Below, piece by piece: positions 52,701-64,000 of a DNA stretch of 64,000 nt. This stretch comes from Phoronis australis (Eukaryota; Animalia; Phoronida). The stretch lies in the NCBI GenBank assembly GCA_002633005.1, contig NMRA01000060.1, forward strand, positions 227,472-291,471, written 5' to 3'. Position 1 is the stretch's first letter, and each line of letters begins with the position of its first letter. The notes below the pieces were generated by a model. It made no database searches and had not been told where the DNA came from. It saw only the letters and a program-made list of their open reading frames with translations. The position numbers were made by a program, and so were the translations under genes.

Positions 52701-55700
52701 ACCGGCAGCAGCCACAGGAGCAACGACACCTGTGGGAAAGACAAGTAAACTCAGAAATGTATGCGGAGGGCCAAGAACCAAGAAGGGAGAGAGGAAAAGG
52801 GCAAACACGGGAAGAAACATGTCATGAGGCATCAAACTTTCTTCGTGTATGGATGTGCGTGAAATCAAATCAATAGCTATGTAATGTTAAACGATCAATA
52901 AATATCAATAATTATCATTCTAATAATTTTGATACTACTAATAATAATATAAGCACTATTTCTACTGCTGCTACTACTAACATATATAATCAACATTAAC
53001 GATAATTAGGCATAACAACACTGTCCTTGAGACCAACCGGAAACATACATATCAATATTCACCACTCAAGCCACAAGTCCAGAAATTCTTTGTTTTGCAT
53101 TATTGTAAGTTTTCTGCATAAACCAATCAAAAAGACCCAAGTCTATCTTGTCACTAGACGTAAAATAACACTGGGGCCCATTTAGGTCAACCACAACATA
53201 CGTTTTCAGAATCAAAAACTTATTAATTAACCACCAGCGTCACCTTCATCCTTGTGTACTGAGCCATTACGGGTTGAACTCGACTCAATAAAGGTTGCTC
53301 TTTCAACAGGAAAACTAACCACAGGAATATCCATTTTACACCCGTATGGCCAACACTGCCCATCTAATGTGAGACTAGACAGTGGTTAGCAGGTGACTGT
53401 GTGTGGTTTAAGGCAGGACAAGAACGTCATGGTGGCACAAAAATAGAAACTAGAGTAAGCTGTACTAGGAAAGTCTCAACTCCGAAGACAGCCGCGACAC
53501 TTTTTTAACCCGGTGACGTAAATAACCTGATCTGAACACAGGAAGCTACTATGCGAATGCCATACTATCACTGGAAAAAACAGCAAAAGGAAATGACCTA
53601 TACAAGCAAAATCTAAGACTTCAATTATCTGAAAGATGTCTGGAAAACTTAAGCCTTCGAATGCTAGAGCTAAGGCTACGAAATGATAAGGATGCTGGTT
53701 AATAAAACTGAAAGCACACTCTCTAAAACGTATTCTTACTGTTTTGTGCTATATATATCTCACCACTGCACGGCTTGTTCACAAAATTGTAGACAATCAA
53801 AGACTCAACACACATTTACACTAGCCAACCGGATTGAGAATTAATGATATTACAGGGCATTACTAGCACTGACCAATCAAAAATGTGATGTATAATTAGT
53901 CTCTAGCTGAAGATGGTTCTAACCCAACTGCAGTGCCATCTATTATCTTCAGTTACTCATCACTTGCGCCATATTCCTGATAGACATAACACATTACTAT
54001 CTTACAGTGAAAATGTCAGAGAATTTCCTAAGCAATTGGTGTTTAGTAATTTAAGGTAAATCATAAAGGAGGTTGCAAACAAAAAATGAAAAAATGCCAT
54101 TAAGGTAGAATGAGGACCAAAGACGATCTAACTTCTAAATCATGTACAATGAAATCTCACCAAGTTCGGACAAAAATAAGAGACAAACAGTCCTTACTTT
54201 TTCTAGGTCATCTCACATTGTCCTTAATGTTCAAAACAGTATCTGATGGTAGCTACATTACAAAAGTGGAAAATGATAAATTATTGATGTGGTGCTACAT
54301 ATCTTTCATGAAAAAATGAGAAACAGTTTCTCGTGTCTGTCATATTGTCAACTAAATTGGTGAGATTTTACACGATAGAAAATGAGGCACCAACTGAATA
54401 GTAGAACAACTCGTTTCAACCCAGAATGTGCTTACATATCCCATACTCTCAATACAGCGTGAGTATTATCTTGGGACACGCCTGCATTTCAGGCGCCTTG
54501 TTTCTACTTGTGTTTGCCAGAAGAAATAATTAAGGATCAGAACAAAGTTCAGTTTTCAGTAATGGTGCTATGTAGGGGGTGGAGTTCATGGTGGTATTTC
54601 TAGCACGTTTAACAGTTTCAGTAATGTTTTTTATCTTAAGAGTTGCAGATCTTTAGTCTCCCAAAAGTGCGCTTTGCCTTCTTCACACAAATATTCTCAG
54701 TCTCAAAACACAAACTTTCCATGAGAGTGGCACAACCATCTGCCAACAAAAAAACGCACAACAGTCTAACAGTACACTAATCTCTCTTCTATTTCACATA
54801 AAAATAATTACCAAACAACATTTTTTCTAATTTTCAAAAACTGATTACATCGTTAAAATGATCAAAATTTTACCAAGAAAGTTTTGCCTTAATGATCGCT
54901 GTTCAGTACTAATTATGAAGTCAAGTCGTTTCAACCAATTATCTTTGATGAAAAATTCATTTGAGTCCACATGTGTGCCATCTTGTGTACTAACGGAAAA
55001 ACATTTAATGTAAAAAAACAAGTACAACAAAAATGCAGCCAATTTGAAATTTAAGTGAAACTGGCATCATTTACACTTTAAGAATACAACTTTTCGATAT
55101 TAAATTCAGAAATAGAGCGAAACTACTGACAACAACATGCCAAGAAATTTTTTAAACAAAAACGTAAAATTACTACGTCATGAGTAAGTCATGCTGTTAC
55201 TTTCATATTTCATCACCTCTATTCAAGCAGGATACATGTTACAAAATATAATGTTGCGTCTAAGTAACAATCCATGTAAAACTTGCGTAGTCATCTCATC
55301 GAAGCGTTATGTCAAATCATTTCCAAGCTTTAGAACTACTAGGAGAACATGTGCTGTTCACCTCCTACGCACAGAAATACAATGGAATCTCGGCACAGAA
55401 GACTATAACAAGAGGTCGGGTCAGCAATGGTGTTAGCACATCAATAGGGACGAAATTGCAAAAACCGACACTACAGACAAGGTGACTCCAAGGCAGTTAC
55501 TTCTCATCAAACAATTCAATATATTTCGAGGAGAAATCTTAGTCACGATTTTTTTTAAAATTCACAATTAATCTTCTACTGATTTCCTTCACAACTTTTT
55601 GTGTAACTTGGATGAGGCTTGACATACCGTATTTCAGTGAATTTTGCAACTGTTTTGAAAAATATGCGGGTAACAGAATCGTACAGATGCTGTGGAGTCC

Positions 55701-58700
55701 CTCAACAATACGGGGAGGCAGCCTGATAGTTCTTAGGGTTTCTTGGAGGATAGCATACCAGAAGTTAGTGGGACTGCACTGTGGGAACCGGAGTCGGCCC
55801 ATCTCAAGGCGATGTTAACTTTCGACAAAAGCACATCTTAATACATCGGCACAACACCCGCTCATTGCAACTACTATACAGCCAACGCATGGGTGCCTTC
55901 TAAATTCTTAAAGCCATTACGGAGGCGCTCAATGAAAAACACAACGGCGAACGAGAAAATTAAACAAAACAAAACACAAAAATATAAAGATGTACATGAG
56001 CATGGTTTTCAAAACCAAACAGAGCGGGAAGCAAAGCTGGGTGCCAGTCAAAATGAATGGAACTTGCCACAAATGCAGTGCAGAAAAACGAACGATAGTG
56101 ACGGTGACGGCACACATAACTTCATCGACCAGCCAGCTCCCCGCGCATTTTGGTTACAGAAAACGCTCTCGAAAGCGTGATGTGTGCATATGTGAGCACG
56201 TGCGCAAATCCACCAAACAGTGGACGACAAATGAAAAACAAAAACGACGGCTAGTCCATGCGTCGGAAAGTTTTCCGTCCAGCGTCGAGAGTCTCCATGC
56301 GAATATTGACTAACCTGTCGTGAAATTGACTACGGTGCTACTGACCACCAGTTCGGTAGTCGTGGGACTAACGGTAGTGGTCACTGCAACAGAGAGATTG
56401 TTTAAAGGCTACAAGGGCCGACAGTAGCGGTCACCCAACGTTTGGTCATGTGGCAGTCACTAACACACCAGGTGGCTCGGCGCAGTGGCTGTGCCAGCAA
56501 ACCTAGTGGAACCTGCTGCAGCAGCGTGCAAGACTAGCAGGCATGCAGCGCGTGACAAAAACACAGACCATGAAAGCGTGAGTGTGCACGCATGACGGAG
56601 ACATAGAATAGAAACTAACTCTGGTTCACACTGAAATAGATTCCACTGAACAGAAGAGGGGGTATGTAATGTTAACGACGAGATGCAAATGACTATCTTG
56701 TCTGTACCAAATGCAAATGGAATTCCCTATTCACCGTGAAAAAAGTTTAGTTTTGAAGAGAAAAAACCGGTGCAGTTGCGAAAAATCATGAGTGGAAAGT
56801 AACAATTTTGAAAACCACTGCGATGGCTAAGATGGTCAGTGGTAGAGATGGGCAAAATAGGCTGTAAGAACGGACAGGCTACCTGTTACAACATAAGTGG
56901 TGATGAAATTATGACTATTGATGAGAACAAACGTGTGAGTACTAAAGTTGCTTCTAAAATGATGCACCCTCTAAGAACACACAGGAGTCATGCATCAGCC
57001 TTCATTCGCTGGGTTTCACTGGTCTAACTATCACCAACTGTCAATCATGTCAATGGGAGACTTTCAAACAGCGACATGGAATCAGATAGTAGTGGCCTCT
57101 AGAGGACACAGAAAATTTTTTACTTTTGTTTCAAACGCATCACCTCTAATTACATACGGTAAAAGGGTCTTTTCTCTAAGTCAATCATGTTCTCCTACGC
57201 TGAGTACGCTATGGACAATTAGTTCCTGGCATAGCCAGGGAGCGATGAGTCACCCATACCATGTGATCAGTCTCATTGGTTCCAGAAAGTCTCCCACTAT
57301 CTGACCAATCAAGCAAGGTTTACATATAATATCTTCCAGCAACCAGATTGCTAAAAATGGCTAGTTTCTTTAAAGGTATCAGAAGATTTCACCAAGGCCT
57401 GGCAGTAAGTCAAGGAAAAATGGAACCCGACGATTTTGGTGGTACCACGATTAAAAATACTAATTCCCAGTTATCGTAGCTATATTTCTGTATTAATTTT
57501 CCCCTGGCTTTTATCTGCTATGCATGCAACAGTGGTGAAATGAAAAAAAATGTACTTCCTCTGGAAAAAAACACCAATGACATCTTGCACTGGCTGGTGT
57601 CGACATAAGAACGTAAGTCCGCAAATGGCGATTTGCTGACAACAGGCAATTCAGGCAATTCTAGCTCATTTAGTAGTAAACAACAATAGAATTCACTGCG
57701 AGTGCTTTAGCCAGTCAATAGCTTATGCAATAATGCATTTAAAGCCCTTATAAACCTGCGCCCTGTCACAGAAACAAACTCTTGACTCAGAACACATACA
57801 ATACGTTAAAACTGAAGCGTCAGTCCTTTCCAAGTCTCAAAATCGCGTCTAATTTGAATAGCAAACAAGTTAAGATGAAGATCATAACCAGAGTGTTCCA
57901 TATCAAAACCGTTTTCAATGACGAAAGGCAGATTTATAACAAATTTCAAAAGACCCAAAATGAACGTGATAACATTACTAAGACGTGTGTCATGGACAGC
58001 AGAAGAAGCAGTCACAGTAAATATTACCAAAATAAGTGATGCAATGAGAGTTTAATTTCGCACGCTAGAACAGCGTAAAAGCACCGAAGCAGCAAAAACA
58101 ACATCTTGCCAACACGACACACCTGCACACGGTCCCAAACTAAGCAACCGCATCTACATACCTGCATCTTCTTTAAAGTACAGATGTTGTCTAGCACGCA
58201 ACTCATTCTCGGCATAGATTTTATTCTCTGGTACAACTACGCAGGTATAGAATCCATTGTAGACATCACGCGGCTTCTTGCCCGGTGGTGTCTGGCTCAA
58301 GTCAACGGTGAGCACAGATCCGCCAGGTCCGCTTTTAGTGACGCCCACCATGGTGGAGACACTCTGCTTCTCCGTGGGTATCTCGCCTTCAGGCACGTTG
58401 AAGTACCAGGATGTAGTGACTACCTCCTGTGAGTCGGAAATGTATGGGCAGCTGAACGTGTAGGCCTTAGCATCTGTTTCGGCGGTGACGGTGTGGTTTT
58501 GATCCGGCTCTCCATCCTTCCATTGGAACGGCTCTACAACATAAGCAGAACAAAATTCTTGAAAGTCATCAAGCAAGCCAATGACTTGATGAAATACAGC
58601 TTGTCGCTAGATGGCGCTAGGGTAGTTAGGAGAGAGTGTTCCATACTCTTGTATGGACTTCATGCATAGGGATATTTTCCATAGTTTTTTATCAATTCTT

Positions 58701-61700
58701 TGCGACCATCATTTCAATTAATTGCCACTATAGTGCAGTGGGATATTCAAATGATGCGCACAACAGCGTCCAATGTATTAAGATGTCCGTCAATGAATGA
58801 AATTGTGTTTAACCCATCAACCCAGCTCATCCTGCAGATCATGAGACACTTTTGTACTACGGCAACACTTTTTAAGAGTTGTATTGTAGAATGTTAAACT
58901 TTCCCACTGGATAGCACAATGGGCTCCTTGACTTAAGTCTGCTGAAAATATACCGCCAAACTGACTGGCGTGAACTGAACAGCAACTCGGCGTGATCTTT
59001 AAATTGCATCACAACTATACATGTTGAACTAGAAAGAAAATTCCATTGAAGGAGTCAAGGGCGTAAGCTAAAATTGTGGTTGTGCATTTGGCGTCAACTC
59101 ATCTGTACTATTTAGGCAATCTATTTGACAGCAACATTAACTGGACGAAAAGTAAGCCTTGGAAATCAAGCCGAGGCGCTTAAGTATGTCAATCGACATT
59201 GCTGAACAAATCAATTCGACACAGCAGACTGACAGATTAAGGGTAAAAGATCATAGAGGTACGACCTACCATAAACGTTGACAGCAGCTGATTGGATGGT
59301 GTAGCCTGCAGGACTGATGGCGACGCACTGTAAGGTCATGATACTGCCAGGTTTCTGGGCGTTGAGGACCGTCAGGGTGTTGGAGGGATCAGAAGCAATG
59401 GGCACTTTGATCTTGGCGTTGTCGACTGAAGAGAACACAGTATGTGCACATGATTATTCAATAGGATCACTTTAAGATGCCATTTCATATCAACACGCTT
59501 TAGAATGAAAATGGAATGGTCAAAACCGCAAGTGACTTGGTTTCGATGCAGTTTTAACAGGGACTAAGCAGCCAAGGTATCTATCCCATTTTAATCATTT
59601 TCTGTAGTATTTTTATCTTAGGATAAGGTGTCTCTACAAAATTCCACCACTTGAGGTCCCAGATCAAAATGCTACACCAGCGTAGATTTCTTTGGAAACG
59701 TTTTATGTAAAATGGCATTTTAGGTGAAATGGATTTCAGCACAAGTATTTTTTCATTAAAAAATCACAATTTAGTAGCAATAAGCATATCTTGGTAACAC
59801 CACATTGAAGGGCAGACCCGATCTACAAAGCCATTTAGATGAAGAAAAATTGTCATGAAGATTTCCACTGTTGCTTGGCAACTTTGGCAACATGGAGTGC
59901 AGTCTAACAACAATCCAGTAGCCATGGCAATCAGTGAACAACAACAGTAACCACTTAGCACCCTTAGTTCTCCACAGAGAATGTATAAGCATTCTTAGCA
60001 TAGTATAAGTCATAAGAATTCAAACAAATTGACCCAGAATTCCCCATCATGATAGCTGGGCAGAAGCTGAACTCAGAGTAGTCTCCCCTGATGACTGAGA
60101 ATGAAGGGGAATTAACAGGTAAGCTTAAAGGCGGGTAAGTCATTATGTAATTAAAATTTTGGCAGCCCAAATAGTTATTACCAATAATTTATAGTTGACA
60201 GAATCAGACTCTATGACAGGAAAACTGTATTTTCTCTCATTACTTTTGTCTTGTACTGTAGTTCACTCACAAACGCAAGTCTTCTTCAGACAAATTTGTA
60301 CTACGAGCCAAAACTCTCTTAACTAGCAATGTGAAAGGTCACGCTAGCAGAGTGGGAAAGGTCATGAATCACGACTAGTTTTTGAATGATTTTTGTACCA
60401 GAGCACTTCTATAAAAAACTACTACCGGTATAATAAATAAATACATCATCTTTTTTCACTAACTTCTAAAAAATTTGGAAAAAGGAACAATTTGTATTCA
60501 ATAAGAGAATTCTTGATAACTTGATCTGTATCCTAGGGGCTTGTCCTAAGGTGAGACAAATTGGTTGTTAGAAACAAAGTCTGAATATGGATGGTTCACA
60601 TTGGCTGAAGATTTCAAAATAATATTTTCGTTTAAAATACTAAAAGTGCATTTCATCCCTTTTTTGATCATACCTTTTAAATCATGAAATAAGCTCTCAC
60701 AAGTTTCCTTTATGATCCAACCCTTCAAAACATGAAATAAGCTCTCACAAGTTTCCTTTATGATCCTACCCTTAAGTTTCCTTTATTTTAAGTGAAATTA
60801 TTTTGAATTAAAGAACTACTAGCCATGGACTTGGGTGAACTCCGCCAACGGCGATCATGCTTTTTGATAGTTTTTGTTTGCCTCGAGTGATCTGTCTCTG
60901 GATGCAAAACGATTTTCATCATGTCTGTAGCGAGTATACAAGAAATGCCCCCTGAACACGACTGTTTATTCAAGACCATGTTCAGTGGATAACTTTGAAC
61001 TAAAAATTTAAGAAATATCAAACTCATGCTTAATTAAAAGTGTGTACCATTGCAATTCACTGAAAGAAGCCCTAAACTGTCGTCTTAACATATCAAACTT
61101 GAGAAGTGGCTATGGAGCAAATAACTTGCACTGGTCTCATCGCTAACTACCAGGGCTTGGAAAGACCAATGACAAAAAATGCGGAAACTTTTACGGCCCA
61201 AAACATGCGCGCTACCCAGCCCCTTGACATATAGTCGATGTGAACCTTTCGCAGACGAAAATCGGTAGGACTAAAAATAAAAAAAAAAAACGTTACCACA
61301 AACAGTAGCATGCGTCTGCGTCTTTTCCATCCACTCCTCCACTCCCACCCCCACATATTTTTGGTTGTAGAGCCGTAGTATTTGTCACCGCGGTTTACAA
61401 TCACACGAGTCGCCATTGAAAATCCCACCATGCTATCCCAGATGCCCCGGCAATGTTGACAATTTACGTTCCTCCGAAACATAAAGAGCAACTTCCGCTT
61501 TTCAAGGTGAACGTCGTCGGCAACGCCGCGGTAAAAAACGAATTTGCCGTGGAAATTTTATATCAAATCCGATTTTTTACGCGGAAATATAATAAAATGC
61601 GCGGACAGAACATTTGAAAAAAGCGGAAAACCGCGTTTCCGCGGAAAATTCCAAGCCCTGAACTACTTGCACATAGTTCATTGTCTCCCAAGTCATCACA

Positions 61701-63578
61701 CATCCCAATTCACTGAAATGAAGCTGAAGAGACTTACCAGCCTGAACACCATTGACGAACCAAGTCGTGGAGATGACAGTAGGTTTCAGGTCCTTGGACC
61801 GACACTTGAAGTCCGCATTTGATCCGACAACAATGATCCTGGACTCTGGCTTAGCGGTATCCATGAACACTGGAGGGTCTGTATGACAGATGAGAACAGT
61901 TGGATAACAGTAACAAAATTCAGTTAAAACAAAAAAAAAAAAACGGTGACAGCTCTAACAAGAGCAAACCATAGCATTCAAAAGTGCCCCGCTTGGTACA
62001 TCGCAAAAAGTTCGCTAACAAAGATGTGCATTAGTTTCATGCAATACCAGTTAGACACCTTCATCGATATTACCACCAGGGAGTGCTGAAATATTCACAA
62101 CAGTCAAAACGTGACCATGTTGAATATTTTCTACGAAAATGATGAAAAAAATCATCCATGTGCTTAATCTTTATAAGTTAAAACCAAACGCAAAAAGTTT
62201 TACATAAATCTGTAGTGTTTTTCAAAAATTTCAAGAGATTAAAAATGACAATGCCAATAAAGAATGCGTGAAGACTGACTGGAAGCTTCATCTAGTTCTT
62301 TCATTGTCTCTTATACCTAGAGGGAGTGGAGGCAAAGAATAAAACAAATTCACACATTAGACAGGGTGTCCCTAAATTGTTCACAAAAAATACTCTACAT
62401 TAGGAATGTTTAGAAGTTATACAAAGCAATGCAGTTAACTAACTGCATAAAATTACAATTATATGAGCTTTGGTACCAAACATAGTAAGCTGTAAAATTT
62501 TTGTTACACAAAGCAGATATGAAAAACTCATCAACACAAGCTCCGCCCACGACTTGAGCACCTTATTTCTGACAACACTTGAATGAAGTCACAAGTCTTG
62601 TGTCAATCATACACGACAGGATCATCACCAGTTTGCCACTGATTCAATTATTTGTGAGGCCAGTGCAGCATTTTAATTCTAGAGTGCTCTTTTCATACAC
62701 AATAGCAGGGAATACAGCACAAGTTAATTTCGATGCAGCCAATTTTGAGGCTGAATGCTCCATAAAGCTTACATGGCTCTCTCTTTCATAACCAATCCTG
62801 TCTCAAACAGCAACAGTCCTTATCCAAACCCACACCCCGACAATTTATCTGAGCCCAACTTACACTCTAGCTCCACAGTTATCTCCACGCATTTCTTCTG
62901 GGTGTTCAGCTTAGCACAAAGTTTGTATATCCCTTCATGTTCTTTGGAGGCTTTCAGTAGCTTCACCTTGTTCTCTTCCGGGCCCGACAAATCCTTCTGG
63001 TCGGCCCTGACTGTGTCGGGCAACACCCAGCTTTCATAGGTCGGTAGCGGGCTGAAACGAGGCGAAAACATGGTTCTCTGTTTAATCGACTTGGCAGCAA
63101 CAATGTAGTTTACCCAACTGACGTACAACGGAGAAGAGCGTGCAAACCTTTGTCTATTTTACCATTTTCAAAGAGCCCAAAGCAAATTCTTGAAAGCATT
63201 TCTAACTTTCAAGTTAATTCTCTTTCATTCTCAGTCGTGACAGAAAGCTTTTCCAAAGATGAAACTGGCTTTCGGTCAGCCATCATGACAGAGACTTTCA
63301 GGTAAATTTGTCTGAATACCTTTACTCAAATGCTTTAAGATCGGAGGTGCCCCATGCCGTTAACAGCCACAGCTTCACACACAGGTGCCAGAATACACGC
63401 ATATTTCAACTACTAACAACTCCGTGTTTCCTGCTGACATCATCTCACTCAATTATCAAGGGCACGTACTTTCCAGCAAAAATGGCCGTCAGCTCAAAGT
63501 CTGTCCCAGCACGAATGGTCCTCTTTTGCAACGCCGGAGTGGCAGGATATACAAGCTGTAACGGCTGCGTACCCGTAC
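46732..63578 (-). CDS. L1CAM/neuroglian-family Ig cell-adhesion molecule (3' part; 5' exons lie beyond the window)
   Basis: Phase-compatible GT-AG exons: 63578-63470, 63051-62864, 61878-61738, 59425-59270, 58533-58162 (three Ig domains), 56383-56315 (Thr-rich stalk), 52729-52595 (TM, WWIGVIVAGVVLIVLIIIIIVMIHRNR), 51187-51109 (duplicate 49769-49691; VDDEEKKAGHNPERDLADSGFQDFSRP), 46915-46732 (DSLHEYGDIDTGKFNEDGSFIGQY...DSVV*). FNEDGSFIGQY is the diagnostic L1-family ankyrin-binding motif. Confidence 0.9.
48885..51710 (+). repeat. ~1.41-kb tandem duplication with N at the junction (probably two haplotypes assembled in tandem)
   Basis: ACACGTGA.ACGGTAATAAGCAAGACC...CCCAAAAAGCAG at 48885-50292 and 50294-51710, with scattered SNPs/indels and a single N at 50293. 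Confidence 0.9.
60681..60786 (+). repeat. ~49-bp tandem repeat, 2+ copies
   Basis: CATGAAATAAGCTCTCACAAGTTTCCTTTATGATCC.ACCCTT repeated. Confidence 0.8.
61151..61660. mobile_element. hAT-like MITE in an intron
   Basis: Perfect 12-bp TIR CAGGGCTTGGAA/TTCCAAGCCCTG; AACTAC on both flanks; subterminal GCGGAAA repeats. Confidence 0.7.
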
Positions 63579-64000
63579 CTAAAAGCAAGAGAAAATCGTT
63601 TTGAATTTTAAACAATGCCAGCATACTAGTGCAACACAGAAATGAATAACGGCAAACTGTTGTCAAAATCACATATAGCCTACCTGGAAGATATCTCACT
63701 AGCAAAGGGTGAGATGAATTTTCATTTTAGATTATCACATAGCAATATCTTTTGCCAAATTTGACACTCCTGTCATGTCTGTTCGATCAACATCGGATTT
63801 CACGCAACACGAGAGTCTCCTCAATAGCCCAAAGATTACTTTAAAGAGAGAGTCAGCCATTTTCTATTTACCGAGTCATAGAATCCTGAAACTTGATAAG
63901 AGAATAGATTTCATCAAGGGTTGCATGATGATTGTTATTTCTGCATAACCCATGTTCACGCGACTTGCTTACATGTACAGGTCATCGGGAAGTCTGTTCT

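Noticed and set aside
55628-55818. Additional exon of the L1-like gene (AG at ~55819, donor GTATGT at 55627)
   Set aside because: Reading in the required phase hits a stop after ~28 codons and shows no Ig/FN3 motif; unsupported without transcripts.

Overview
This is eukaryotic (bilaterian invertebrate, probably lophotrochozoan; inference) draft-assembly DNA with GT-AG introns, one 289-N gap and five single-N joins. Four protein-coding genes can be built by hand. (1) A complete 9-exon EFHC1/Rib72 ciliary gene (+, 7189-14397, 640 aa). (2) A 2-exon secreted VWC2/brorin-like protein with three VWC modules (-, 21925-16757). (3) A family-B 7TM receptor of Methuselah/adhesion type with a somatomedin-B-like Cys-rich ectodomain (+, about 33934-36472, N-terminus interrupted by an N join). 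(4) The 3' part of an unusual L1CAM/neuroglian-family gene (-, from beyond 64000 to 46732). It has the ankyrin-binding FIGQY tail but apparently no FN3 domains, an Ig domain lacking its canonical cysteine, and several candidate alternative exons, including a 15-nt microexon and a CaaX-ending terminal exon. Intergenic DNA is rich in non-autonomous DNA transposons: a Kolobok-like THAP element whose promoter and start codon are duplicated in both inverted arms, TTAA-type ~450-bp elements, a 1.1-kb foldback, a hairpin-bearing MITE family, and pogo/Tc2 and hAT remnants. Two near-identical tandem duplications with an N at the junction are probably assembly artefacts. No CRISPR arrays, rRNA or intact tRNA were seen. 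All calls are by eye, without database searches.
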